DNA of 64,000 nucleotides, taken from NCBI GenBank assembly GCA_964450885.1, contig CAYVFE010000002.1, positions 15,192-79,191 of the forward strand, in the 5' to 3' direction. Position 1 is the stretch's first letter. Each line of letters opens with the position of its first letter. The DNA is from an uncultured Gammaproteobacteria bacterium. GTDB lineage: Bacteria; Patescibacteriota; Microgenomatia; Levybacterales; GWA1-39-11. Below are positions 9,928 to 19,276 of the stretch, piece by piece. Both the position numbers and the translations under genes were made by a program. The notes beneath the pieces were generated by a model, which was not told where the DNA came from, did no database searches, and worked only from the letters and a program-made list of their open reading frames with translations.

Positions 9928-11331
9928 TTGAGCTTTTTTGTTGTGCTGAGGTATAATATTAGAGCTGTGAGAAAATATCTGGCTTTATTTGTATTGTATT
10001 ACTTGCGTTTTTTCGCAAAGAAAACGCTTAGGAAAAATAGACCAATTACTATCGGGATTGCTGGATCTGTAGGCAAGTCCTCACTTCGTAATGCAACCGT
10101 TGCAATACTAAATAACAACGCAAAAACGCTAGCTCTTGGTGGGAATTCCGAAACTGGAATTCCACTGGGTATACTTGGGCTGGATCCTCATGATTATTCG
10201 TATGTGAATTGGTTAAAGAATATGTTCAAGGCCCCTTTTAGAACAAATCATCTTCGTGGTTATAAATATTTGGTTGTAGAGATGGGGATAGACGATCCGT
10301 ATCCGCCTAAAAATATGGATTATTTACTGACGATTCTAAAACCAGATATTGCCATAAACCTAAACGTCTCAGCAACCCACACACAGCAATTCGAAAAAGC
10401 TATTCCAAAAAATAAGAAAAAAACACTAGATAATCTAATCGACGCGATAGCCTTTGAGGACACGAAGATAATCACTAAGTCGAACTGCAAGGTAGGTATT
10501 TACAATTCCGATAATCCATACATTAGAAAGTATATAGAAAAGTTCAAAAAGGAAAATCCGGAAGCATTACTAAAATCCTTTGGGAGCGGTAAGAGTGATT
10601 CGATAAAACTCATCTCTTATGAAGTTACGTTAAAAAAGACTAAGTTCACTTTTAGACTATATGAGAAAAACGTACGCGAATTCACTGTTACGTTCAGAAA
10701 TTATTGTCTTCCGAAAGCCTACTCAACAACATTTGAGGCGGCAATATTGGCTGCAAGGGAGCTAAAGATCCCCCTCAAAGTAATTCAGGAAGGGCTCGAG
10801 GAAAATTTCAGCCTTCCAAAAGGCAGGGCAAGTGTCATAAAAGGAATCAAAAACAGCATAATTATAGACTCGTCTTATAATGCATCAAAAGAGTCGATGT
10901 TGACCTTTCTGGAGCTTTTGAGGACTCTTCGAAAAACGACTAAAAGACCGGCAGTCTTTGTGTTTGGTGACATGCGGGAGCTGGGAGCAGCAAGTAGAGA
11001 AGAACACGAAGAAGTCGCGCATTTTGCAAAAGATTGCGCAAATTATATATATACGCTAGGCCCGCAGACTCAAGAATTTGTATTGCCGATCATAAAGGAG
11101 TCGAACAAGAGGATATACAAGGACGCGTCAAAGAATTCTGTACAGCTAGGCCTTCACCTAAAGGAGTCTTTGCCAGAAAATGCGATAATCCTATTTAAAG
11201 GGTCTCAGAACGAGATATTCCTTGAGGAGGCGATTAAATTCATTCTCGAAAATCAAACTGATGAAAAAAAACTGTGTCGTCAATCAGAATACTGGAAGAA
11301 CAAAAAGTCCTCATACTTCAACTTGAACTAG
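9928..11331 (+). CDS. Mur ligase family protein (MurF/FolC-like ADP-forming amide ligase)
   Basis: P-loop of Mur ligases ITIGIAGSVGKSS near the N-terminus. 467 aa. Exact substrate not assignable from sequence alone. Confidence 0.55.
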   Translation: MSFFVVLRYNIRAVRKYLALFVLYYLRFFAKKTLRKNRPITIGIAGSVGKSSLRNATVAILNNNAKTLALGGNSETGIPLGILGLDPHDYSYVNWLKNMFKAPFRTNHLRGYKYLVVEMGIDDPYPPKNMDYLLTILKPDIAINLNVSATHTQQFEKAIPKNKKKTLDNLIDAIAFEDTKIITKSNCKVGIYNSDNPYIRKYIEKFKKENPEALLKSFGSGKSDSIKLISYEVTLKKTKFTFRLYEKNVREFTVTFRNYCLPKAYSTTFEAAILAARELKIPLKVIQEGLEENFSLPKGRASVIKGIKNSIIIDSSYNASKESMLTFLELLRTLRKTTKRPAVFVFGDMRELGAASREEHEEVAHFAKDCANYIYTLGPQTQEFVLPIIKESNKRIYKDASKNSVQLGLHLKESLPENAIILFKGSQNEIFLEEAIKFILENQTDEKKLCRQSEYWKNKKSSYFNLN

Positions 11332-11349
11332 ACACACATCTACGTTAAC

Positions 11350-12228
11350 ATGGTACCCATGCAACCTATACTTGAAGTTAAAGATAGTATTATGAACAAT
11401 TTTGCGCCTTGGATTCTAAATCATGGCATCCAGATCCTCATAGTTATTGTAGCCGCTTTAGTTGTCGGTAAAATATCTAAAATAGTTGTCGAGAGGATCA
11501 TCAAGAAAACGATCCGCACATCAAAATACGAATCGAAAGCTGCCGAAGAGCAGCGAGAAAACACGTTGATTCTTGTATTCAACTATGCCTTCAACATAAT
11601 ACTTATCGTAATAGTTGTACTCACGATTCTTTCAGAAGTGGGTGTAGACATAGGTCCTCTTATCGCAGGCGCTGGGATCGTTGGGGTAGCTGTAGGATTT
11701 GGGGGCCAGTATTTTATACGTGATATTATCGCCGGATTTTTTATAATCCTTGAAAATCAATATAGGGTGGGAGATGTTGTTGAGATTAATAATAAGGGAG
11801 GTCTCGTGGAAGATATTACTCTGAGGCTTACTGTAATTCGTGATCTTGATGGGGTAGTGCACAGCATACCTAATGGCGAAATCACCTACTCGTCTAATAT
11901 GTCGAAGGAATTCTCAAGAATTAACCTTGATATCAGAGTCTCGTACGATAGCGATATCGAAAAAATTATTAAGGTAATTGACGAGACAGGCAAGGCTATG
12001 GCCAAAGATAAAGAATGGAAGAGCCAGATAACTACAGCTCCTCATTTTTTACGGGTTGATGATTTTGCTGACTCTGCAATTATCGTTAAAATACTGGGAG
12101 AGACTCAGCCATTGAAGCAATGGAGCGTTGCCGGCGAATTCAGAAAAAGACTAAAAATTTCCTTTGATAAAAATAGAATAAAGATCCCATATCCTCAAAG
12201 AGTAATCCACCAACAGGATACGGCCTAG
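11350..12228 (+). CDS. Small-conductance mechanosensitive channel (MscS family)
   Basis: N-terminal TM helices then the MscS beta-domain pattern ([43 protein letters not shown]). Confidence 0.75.
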   Translation: MVPMQPILEVKDSIMNNFAPWILNHGIQILIVIVAALVVGKISKIVVERIIKKTIRTSKYESKAAEEQRENTLILVFNYAFNIILIVIVVLTILSEVGVDIGPLIAGAGIVGVAVGFGGQYFIRDIIAGFFIILENQYRVGDVVEINNKGGLVEDITLRLTVIRDLDGVVHSIPNGEITYSSNMSKEFSRINLDIRVSYDSDIEKIIKVIDETGKAMAKDKEWKSQITTAPHFLRVDDFADSAIIVKILGETQPLKQWSVAGEFRKRLKISFDKNRIKIPYPQRVIHQQDTA

Positions 12229-12608
12229 TTCTTTTTTTCAGGAATAAAATCGAGTGCCAGCGAGTTTATACAGTATCGCAACCCGGTAGGTTTTGGGCCG
12301 TCATTGAATACGTGCCCCAGATGAGCATCACAATTTTTGCAAACAACCTCAGTCCTGCTCATGCCTTGCGAGTCATCGTCATCAAGTTTTATGTTCTCTT
12401 TTTCTGTATCCCAGAAGCTCGGCCATCCTGTTTGACTATCAAATTTCGTGTCAGAGTCAAATAACTTTTTGCCACAATTTACACAAACATACTCTCCCTC
12501 TTTCTTATTATCAGTATACTTTCCACTAAAAGGCGGCTCTGTTCCTTTTAAGAAGCAAATATTGTATTGTTCCTGAGTCAGTTTGTTTTTCGGGTCTTTG
12601 TTATTCAT
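12225..12608 (-). CDS. msrB: Peptide-methionine (R)-S-oxide reductase MsrB
   Basis: Two CxxC zinc motifs ([20 protein letters not shown]), signature [10 protein letters not shown], and catalytic Cys in RYCINS. Confidence 0.85.
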   Translation of the reverse strand: MNNKDPKNKLTQEQYNICFLKGTEPPFSGKYTDNKKEGEYVCVNCGKKLFDSDTKFDSQTGWPSFWDTEKENIKLDDDDSQGMSRTEVVCKNCDAHLGHVFNDGPKPTGLRYCINSLALDFIPEKKN

Positions 12609-12960
12609 CTTGCTTCACTTTGACATATACGGGCCTGAGTAGTTGTGTTCCGATTGATGAAATCTTTCCTCCTGCAAATATAATAAGTCCTACCAATGCA
12701 GAATTTGCCCCGAGATTTAATACGGTGTTTATAAGGTCTGCCGGAAGTATCTCAACCCTCATGCCCCTGGTTAGACTCTCTGGTAATTGTGGAAATAGAA
12801 TCTTCCCATCTATTGCAAAATCCGAAGATTCAAATGAGAATAGTTGAACAGGTTCGATAACTGCTGTAAACACCAGAACTACCTGAAGAATGCTGCCTAC
12901 AATCATAATGATTCCTGCAACCAAAAGCGCATAACCAGTTTTCTTGATGCTACTATCCAT
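12601..12960 (-). CDS. Hypothetical membrane protein
   Basis: 119 aa with N-terminal TM. Overlaps the msrB start by 8 nt (operon). Confidence 0.35.
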   Translation of the reverse strand: MDSSIKKTGYALLVAGIIMIVGSILQVVLVFTAVIEPVQLFSFESSDFAIDGKILFPQLPESLTRGMRVEILPADLINTVLNLGANSALVGLIIFAGGKISSIGTQLLRPVYVKVKQDE

Positions 12961-12991
12961 GACTCCAGTATAGCATGGTTATTTTAAAGAA

Positions 12992-13132
12992 TTAGAAAAC
13001 CAATCTCCAAATAAGAACCAAAAGAACGATAGCTACGATCGTTCCGAGTATTCCTCTTGGAATCGGTACAAATGAAAAAACTATGTTAACGATAAGCACA
13101 AAGAGTATTATTCCTAGAATTAATTCAAGCAT
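12992..13132 (-). CDS. Small hydrophobic protein (46 aa, two predicted TM helices)
   Basis: Below the ORF-track length cutoff. ATG preceded by a perfect SD (AAAGGAGGTGATATTAAATG). Translation MLELILGIILFVLIVNIVFSFVPIPRGILGTIVAIVLLVLIWRLVF. Confidence 0.4.
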   Translation of the reverse strand: MLELILGIILFVLIVNIVFSFVPIPRGILGTIVAIVLLVLIWRLVF

Positions 13133-13283
13133 TTAATATCACCTCCTTTCGATTTATTACTAATGTTAGCAGTACGCATATAAAATCCTTGTAAGAAAAC
13201 TAACATTAATGTGTAAGTTGAAAGTCTTAGAGAAATTATTGTAATATTAATCTTTGCACAAGGGGAGGTGAGTGGTTGAACTC

Positions 13284-13733
13284 ATGGATAAAAATAAAAA
13301 CCTAACAACAGGAATAGTTATAGTTGCGATAATCGTTGTTGTGACTGTTGCTGCCGCTTTTTATCAGCAGAGTGTAACTACCCAAACATCGGAACTTGTC
13401 GTAAATGAACAAGAATTAAATCATACCAATCCATCAAATTATGAAAGTGGTACATATGAGGCTACTGGAAATTATATTTCCCCGGGGGGAGCTGAAGAAA
13501 TAGATGTAACGCTTACGATCGAAGATGGTGTTGTTGTAGATTCACATGTGGAGCCGAGAGCAACAAGAGACATCTCTGTAGTTATGCAAAATGACTTTGC
13601 AGATAACTACAAAGAATTTGTCATAGGAAAAAGTATTGATGAGGTTAGTCTCACAAAGGTCTCTGGATCATCGCTTACTCCAAATGGATTTAATGACGCA
13701 GTCGAGAAAATCAAAGGACAGGCAAGATCGTAG
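13284..13733 (+). CDS. Membrane-anchored FMN-binding domain protein (candidate ApbE substrate)
   Basis: N-terminal TM anchor. C-terminal KVSGSSLTPNGF resembles the FMN_bind flavinylation motif D-x-x-(S/T)-G-A-(T/S). Encoded immediately upstream of apbE. Start ambiguous: GTG 13272 (ORF track) or ATG 13284. Confidence 0.5.
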   Translation: MDKNKNLTTGIVIVAIIVVVTVAAAFYQQSVTTQTSELVVNEQELNHTNPSNYESGTYEATGNYISPGGAEEIDVTLTIEDGVVVDSHVEPRATRDISVVMQNDFADNYKEFVIGKSIDEVSLTKVSGSSLTPNGFNDAVEKIKGQARS

Positions 13734-13739
13734 TGACCC

Positions 13740-14609
13740 ATGAAGACTTTTTCTTTCGAGTCCATCGGCACGAGATGGCAGATTGATATACTGGAGAATA
13801 TTTCTAGAACAAAACTCGAGGAAATAAGAGTGAACGTACAGTCATTCCTTGAGGAATTTACAGTCACGTACTCTAGATTTAGCGCAGAATCAACTGTCAC
13901 CAGGATTTCTGAAAAAATTGGGAGATATAAATTCCCTGAGAGTGCACGCGAACTCTTTTCTATATACAAAAAGCTATACGATTTGAGTGATGGGAGATTT
14001 ACGCCACTTATTGGAGATACCCTAAGCTTAGCTGGATATGACCGAAAGTACTCGCTAGTTTCCAAAAAAATGACCAGACCGAAAAAGTGGGAAGAGGTTA
14101 TGCAGTTTTCATATCCATATCTTTCAACCCACGAAAAGGTAATACTTGATTTTGGAGCATGCGGAAAGGGATATGCGATAGATAGAATATCGCACCTACT
14201 AAAAGAGGCAAAAATTAAATCATACATAATTGATGCAAGCGGAGACCTATATATAAGTGAGGCTAAGAATACGAGAATCGGGTTGGAAAATCCGCTAGAC
14301 CCCAAGCAAGTCATTGGCGTTGCTACTATAAACAACGTTAGCATCTGTGCTTCGTCTTTAAATAGACGAAAATGGGATAAGTATTCACATATCATCGACC
14401 CTCGCACCCTTGCCAGCCCTGAGGGAATACTGGGGGTCTGGGTAATAAGTAAAAAAGCTGTTCTCGCTGATGCTCTTGCTACAGCATTATTTTTAGACCG
14501 ACCGGACAAGTTTAAAAAAGATTTTAAATTTGAATATTTGATTTTGTACTCAGACTTTTCTATTTCAAAGTCTATGAAATTTCCTGCAGAAATTTACTAT
14601 AATAACTAA
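13740..14609 (+). CDS. apbE: FAD:protein FMN transferase (ApbE family)
   Basis: 289 aa. ApbE motifs DFGACGKGYAIDRI and GDLYISEAK. Confidence 0.8.
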   Translation: MKTFSFESIGTRWQIDILENISRTKLEEIRVNVQSFLEEFTVTYSRFSAESTVTRISEKIGRYKFPESARELFSIYKKLYDLSDGRFTPLIGDTLSLAGYDRKYSLVSKKMTRPKKWEEVMQFSYPYLSTHEKVILDFGACGKGYAIDRISHLLKEAKIKSYIIDASGDLYISEAKNTRIGLENPLDPKQVIGVATINNVSICASSLNRRKWDKYSHIIDPRTLASPEGILGVWVISKKAVLADALATALFLDRPDKFKKDFKFEYLILYSDFSISKSMKFPAEIYYNN

Positions 14610-14610
14610 G

Positions 14611-16128
14611 ATGCAACGAGTAGACGAATTCTTAAACTCCTTGACCATGTACAAAACAGTCCTATATGGGCTTATAACTCTTGTAGCATGCACTCTAATA
14701 GTTTCTATCCTCGGATCTATTTCTTTCACGCCTTTTATGCTTTTGGCATCTCTTGGTCTCCTTGTAGGCATTTGCGGAATAACCAACTTTATTTTCGCAA
14801 AAATATTCAAAGCCCAAACGAATACCGAGTCATATATCATTAGCGCGCTTATTCTATTTTTTATAATGACTCCTGATGTAAGCAGAGCAGAGGATCTAAT
14901 TTCTTTGATTGCCGTAGGGTTTTTTGCAATGGCATCAAAATACATATTTGCGATCAAAAAAAAGCATCTATTCAACCCTGTTGCGATTTCTGCAGTTCTC
15001 ATCGGCCTTACTGGATTGACGGGAGCAAGCTGGTGGATAGCAACTCCCGTCATGTTACCAGCGGTTACCATAGTAGGGCTTCTTATCATCAGAAAGCTTA
15101 GAAAGTTTTCGATGTTTTTTGCCTTTCTGGGAGTAGTAGCTATAGAAATGCTATTTTTTGGTTTGGTCTATAACACCAGTTCCGTGGATGTAATAACCCA
15201 GCTCATTCTCTCCTGGCCTGTGATCTTTTTTGCGACAATCATGTTGACAGAGCCTCTAACTATGCCCCCAACGAGAGTCTTGCAGATGATGTATGGAGGA
15301 CTGGTCGGATTTCTATTCGCATTTCAACTGCCTTTGGGTCCGATCCTGATGTCGCCGGAATTAGCTCTAGTTATAGGCAATATTTTTTCTTACTTTGTGA
15401 GCTCCAGACAAAAAATCATTCTCACCCTGAAAAGCAAAGAAAAACTTTCAAAAACGATCTATAGCTATGTCTTTACCCAAAGCGAAAGACTCAATTTTAC
15501 AGCTGGTCAGTATATTGAATGGACTCTTCCTCATAAAAATCCTGATAGCAGAGGGAACAGGAGATACTTTACGATAGCATCGTCTCCTACAGAAGAGGAC
15601 ATCATGCTGGGGGTTAGAATTTCTGATGACGGAAGCAGCTTTAAAAAGGCATTACTTGAGCTTGAAAAAAACGCCAGACTTTCAGCAGGAAGTTTAAAGG
15701 GAGATTTTACACTTCCAGACAACAAAAATAAAAAGCTTGTATTTCTGGCAGGGGGGATAGGCATCACACCTTTTAGAAGCATGATTAAATATCTACTGGA
15801 TAAAGGAGAAAAACGCGACATAATACTTTTTCACACATGCTCTAATGGAAGTGATTTTGTATATGCGGATCTATTTAAGGAGGCTGAACAGAAAATGAAC
15901 ATGAAAATAAACTACCTACTCAGCGAGAAGGAAAACGTACCTGCTAATTACGAGGGTAAGTTTGGCCACCTAACAAAAGAAATGATCAAAGATGCGGCTT
16001 TAGATTTTAATGAAAGGATATTTTATATTTCAGGATCAAGCGTCATGGTAGATGCTTATAAAAAAGCTCTAAAGGAACTCGGTGTACCAAAGACAAATAT
16101 AGTAACCGACTACTTCTCCGGGTACTAA
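14611..16128 (+). CDS. Polytopic membrane protein fused to a C-terminal ferredoxin-NADP reductase-type FAD/NAD(P)-binding oxidoreductase domain
   Basis: About 10 predicted TM helices (residues 1-270), then the FNR-family FAD-binding motif RRYFTIASSP and NAD-binding motif FLAGGIGITPFRS. Adjacent to apbE and the FMN-binding gene. Confidence 0.6.
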   Translation: MQRVDEFLNSLTMYKTVLYGLITLVACTLIVSILGSISFTPFMLLASLGLLVGICGITNFIFAKIFKAQTNTESYIISALILFFIMTPDVSRAEDLISLIAVGFFAMASKYIFAIKKKHLFNPVAISAVLIGLTGLTGASWWIATPVMLPAVTIVGLLIIRKLRKFSMFFAFLGVVAIEMLFFGLVYNTSSVDVITQLILSWPVIFFATIMLTEPLTMPPTRVLQMMYGGLVGFLFAFQLPLGPILMSPELALVIGNIFSYFVSSRQKIILTLKSKEKLSKTIYSYVFTQSERLNFTAGQYIEWTLPHKNPDSRGNRRYFTIASSPTEEDIMLGVRISDDGSSFKKALLELEKNARLSAGSLKGDFTLPDNKNKKLVFLAGGIGITPFRSMIKYLLDKGEKRDIILFHTCSNGSDFVYADLFKEAEQKMNMKINYLLSEKENVPANYEGKFGHLTKEMIKDAALDFNERIFYISGSSVMVDAYKKALKELGVPKTNIVTDYFSGY

Positions 16129-16135
16129 GCCAACT

Positions 16136-16441
16136 CTATTTCCTTGCTGCCTTTTTGATCATTTCTGCCTTATTGCGTGCTTTGTCAGCAGATTTTTCTA
16201 TACTGCGCTGTGCCTTATCAGCTTTTTTTTCAAGGTCGTCTGCCAACTCCTGCGTGTCCTTTGCAGTTTTGCCAAGAAATTTTTTACTCTCATCTCTAGC
16301 ATCATCGATCATTTTTTTTGCTTTTTCTCTATTTTCTTTTTTGGAGAGCACTACAGCTGCAGCAGCGCCAGCCGCCACTGCCGCTCCTGCAAGACCCGCC
16401 GCGACTGCTTTTTTTGTATTATTATTTTTTTTCCTAACCAT
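16136..16441 (-). CDS. YtxH-like small membrane-anchored Lys/Ala-rich protein
   Basis: Glycine-zipper TM (AVAAGLAGAAVAAGAAAAVVL) followed by a charged coiled coil. Paralog of 19277..19618. Confidence 0.45.
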   Translation of the reverse strand: MVRKKNNNTKKAVAAGLAGAAVAAGAAAAVVLSKKENREKAKKMIDDARDESKKFLGKTAKDTQELADDLEKKADKAQRSIEKSADKARNKAEMIKKAARK

Positions 16442-16565
16442 AAATACTTATCACCCCCTTTTGATAGTAAATAAATTATAAAATTGCACTTTGAAGATTA
16501 TGTAAGAATCACAAAGGTTTTTTATTACATATAGTTAATGTTTTTTTGGTATAAAAAGTAGAATA

Positions 16566-16991
16566 GTGAGAAAAAAACGGGCAATAATCTGTGATATTGA
16601 TGGGACTCTGGCACTTCTTCAAAGTAGAAATCCTTATGATCCCACAAGCGGAGAAGATATATTGAATGATCCAATAGCAAATATTCTGGAGGTCTATGAC
16701 AATCAAAAGGCTTTTGACGTTTCTCTTATTCTTATATCAGGCCGTGAAGAACGTTACCGCGAGCATACCATCAGATGGCTAGAAAAATATGGCATTACAA
16801 ACTATAAAAAGCTTTTTCTAAGAAAAAACGGTGATAGGAGAAAGGACTTTGTCATAAAAAAAGAAATATATAATAATTTCATAAAAAATAGATACGATGT
16901 CTTATTTGTGCTGGAAGACAGAGATCAGGTTGTTAAAATGTGGAGAGATGAGGGGATAACCTGCCTCCAGGTTGCATATGGAGACTTCTAG
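16566..16991 (+). CDS. HAD-superfamily phosphatase (polynucleotide 3'-phosphatase-like)
   Basis: DxDGT catalytic motif at the N-terminus (AIICDIDGTLAL). GTG start. 141 aa. Confidence 0.5.
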   Translation: MRKKRAIICDIDGTLALLQSRNPYDPTSGEDILNDPIANILEVYDNQKAFDVSLILISGREERYREHTIRWLEKYGITNYKKLFLRKNGDRRKDFVIKKEIYNNFIKNRYDVLFVLEDRDQVVKMWRDEGITCLQVAYGDF

Positions 16992-17126
16992 AACTGCGAT
17001 TTTAATAGAACTCACAATGGTAGTATTATGAAAAACGTCTTCTTTTGACTCTCTTACATCAATTTCCTATTTTTCACAATAAAGACATCTAGAGTAGGTA
17101 AAAGCGCAGAAAGGAGGTGGAAGAGC

Positions 17127-17261
17127 ATGAACGACACATATACTTGCAGTTGTGGAGAAATATTTGAAAGCAAAGAGGAGCTTAAGGAGCACAATCTTGA
17201 AACACATGGTGATGAAATGGCCGAAAAAGTTGACCAGATGGAGCCAGATCAGAACATCTAA
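17127..17261 (+). CDS. Small C2H2-type zinc-finger protein (44 aa)
   Basis: Below the ORF-track cutoff. Strong SD (AAAGGAGGTGGAAGAGCATG). Translation MNDTYTCSCGEIFESKEELKEHNLETHGDEMAEKVDQMEPDQNI carries C-x-C-x12-H-x4-H. Confidence 0.4.
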   Translation: MNDTYTCSCGEIFESKEELKEHNLETHGDEMAEKVDQMEPDQNI

Positions 17262-17311
17262 GCAGTTAGTTTTTGTAATTTAATCAACTTAAAATATTTA
17301 GTTGGTATAAT

Positions 17312-18286
17312 TTGTTTGTGAGGAAAAAAGTAATAGTAGGTCTTTTTATCGCTGTTATATTGCTCGTTGGACTGAGTATAAATAGACTACCCGAATATTC
17401 AAAGATTGCAAAAAGTACACCTGAAGAGAGTGTGGAATCATTTACTATGATCTCAACTGGAGATGTAGGACTGGGAAGATACGTCAACTACATGATACAT
17501 TTGAATAATGATCCCACTTATCCATTCACAAATGTGGCAAACTACACGCAAAATGCAGATCTGACCATAATCAGCCTGGAAAATCCACTTATAGAGAATT
17601 GCCCGATTGTTGTAACTGGCTTTAAATTTTGTGGCAAAGACACGAATGTTGAAGGCTTGCTTTATGCTGGCGTTGATGCAGCAAATCTCGCAAATAACCA
17701 TACGACAAATTACGGACACTCAGGACTTGAGGAAACAGTAAGAGTTTTAAAAGAGGGTGGAATAAAAGGCTATGGATTAGACAACTCTATTGAATACATT
17801 GAACTAAAGGGCCACCAGATAGCCCTAATAGGTTTTGTCGAGCTGGGAAACAACTGGGCAGGACTTAACAATGCAAGCGAGGAAAATATTTTAGATCTGA
17901 TAGGCGAGGCGAATGCGAAAGCTGATATAGTCATCGTTTCATTTCATTGGGGCAACGAGTATACCCATACCCCTAGTGAGGCCCAGGTAAGACTGGGTAG
18001 GCTGGCTGTAGATATAGGAGCTGACATAGTTCTTGGTAACCATGCTCACTGGATCCAACCATATGAGATCTACAAAGATAAATTCATAATTTATGCGCAA
18101 GGCAACACCGTATTCGATCAGGATTGGTCGCAAAAGACTAAAGAAGGAGTGCTATATAAGTTCAAATACAATAGCGGAGCATTCGAACTTATAGACAAGA
18201 AATATACTGTTATCGAAAATAACGCGCAGCCTAGATTTGCGGCGACTGACGAGACAAATAGAATCGGGAGCTATTTGGTCAATTAA
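17312..18286 (+). CDS. CapA/PgsA-family metallophosphoesterase (poly-gamma-glutamate/capsule biosynthesis type)
   Basis: N-terminal TM anchor. Metallophosphatase motifs (LANNH, SFHWGNEY, GNHAHW) in CapA arrangement. Confidence 0.7.
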   Translation: MFVRKKVIVGLFIAVILLVGLSINRLPEYSKIAKSTPEESVESFTMISTGDVGLGRYVNYMIHLNNDPTYPFTNVANYTQNADLTIISLENPLIENCPIVVTGFKFCGKDTNVEGLLYAGVDAANLANNHTTNYGHSGLEETVRVLKEGGIKGYGLDNSIEYIELKGHQIALIGFVELGNNWAGLNNASEENILDLIGEANAKADIVIVSFHWGNEYTHTPSEAQVRLGRLAVDIGADIVLGNHAHWIQPYEIYKDKFIIYAQGNTVFDQDWSQKTKEGVLYKFKYNSGAFELIDKKYTVIENNAQPRFAATDETNRIGSYLVN

Positions 18287-18909
18287 ATTTCATTTACCTC
18301 AACAAGCTCGGAATATACGACCGTCCTGTCAGAATAATCGCTTAAAGTACTATCAAAAGTTCCTGCACACGTTATTAAATTTAGTCTCTGTTTTTCATAA
18401 GAACCAAAGACCTCTAAAAGTGGAAATTCTTCATTATCATAGGTTTTTACGTCAACCACAGCAAAGACATATTCCGTCCCTTTCTCATCGATGGTGATTA
18501 TCTTATCGCCCACATTAAGGCTGTCTATATCATAAAACACAGACGGGTCACCACTTGGAGTATCCAAATGACCGGCAATAACAGCATTACCTTTCTCTCC
18601 AGGCATCGCCCCTAACGAGTACCATGCTGTATTTAATGGATCTTCGGGCACATCCATGCGACCCTCATCATCTTCGGTAACACTTTCTATATTTGCAGCA
18701 ACTCCTAGTGAAGGTATTTTTATTGACTGTGGGATAGAGGGACTTGGTAATTTTTCCTCTTGGTGTGGCGAAACAGACTCAGAAATAGCAAGCACTTTGT
18801 CATTTACCTCTGATGAAGGTGCATTTTTATTAACGAAAATACCTGCACATACGCCACCAACAAGCAGAATAAAAAAAATAAATTTCTTCATAAATTCTAA
18901 AGGCGACAC
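18283..18909 (-). CDS. Sortase-family transpeptidase (class E/F-like)
   Basis: N-terminal TM. Catalytic His (NAVIAGHLDT), Cys in the TLxTC-type motif (LNLITCAG), downstream Arg (YSDRTVV). Confidence 0.7.
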   Translation of the reverse strand: MSPLEFMKKFIFFILLVGGVCAGIFVNKNAPSSEVNDKVLAISESVSPHQEEKLPSPSIPQSIKIPSLGVAANIESVTEDDEGRMDVPEDPLNTAWYSLGAMPGEKGNAVIAGHLDTPSGDPSVFYDIDSLNVGDKIITIDEKGTEYVFAVVDVKTYDNEEFPLLEVFGSYEKQRLNLITCAGTFDSTLSDYSDRTVVYSELVEVNEI

Positions 18910-18933
18910 ACAGGCCGCCTTTATCGCGTAAGA

Positions 18934-19110
18934 CTAGTACCCAAATCCAGTTTTGGGGGCAGCATCTGGAACATCGTCTTCGCTATCGTCTTGTGTCACG
19001 GTAGGAGTTGGTGAAGGTGTATCAGTTGCCTCTTGCGCATTTATGTATGAAGCACCTACAAAAAAGGCCATAGCAACAGTAAGTACACCTAATACGATTG
19101 TCTTAATCAT
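18934..19110 (-). CDS. Small secreted Thr/Pro/Asp-rich protein (59 aa) immediately upstream of the sortase gene
   Basis: Hand translation MIKTIVLGVLTVAMAFFVGASYINAQEATDTPSPTPTVTQDDSEDDVPDAAPKTGFGY. Strong SD AAAAGGAGGTGATAATAGATG. The opposite-strand track ORF 18953..19138 lacks an RBS. Confidence 0.4.
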   Translation of the reverse strand: MIKTIVLGVLTVAMAFFVGASYINAQEATDTPSPTPTVTQDDSEDDVPDAAPKTGFGY

Positions 19111-19276
19111 CTATTATCACCTCCTTTTCGTGTTTTAGATTATCAATAAAAAATAAATTCGAAGATAAAAATATGTAAGATTTTAGATAGGAGAACTACT
19201 GTAACGAATAAAAAATAATCTGTCAAGTTTTGAACAGAATCAACATCCTTTATAGATATTTACTGGTATCCTAGCG

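Noticed and set aside
13607-15089. Track ORFs 13607..14509 and 14565..15089 (- strand)
   Set aside because: Antisense shadows of apbE and the membrane reductase gene.
18953-19138. Track ORF (61 aa, + strand)
   Set aside because: No RBS and a low-complexity Ser/Val-rich translation. The opposite strand holds a 59-aa signal-peptide protein with a perfect SD, co-directional with the sortase.
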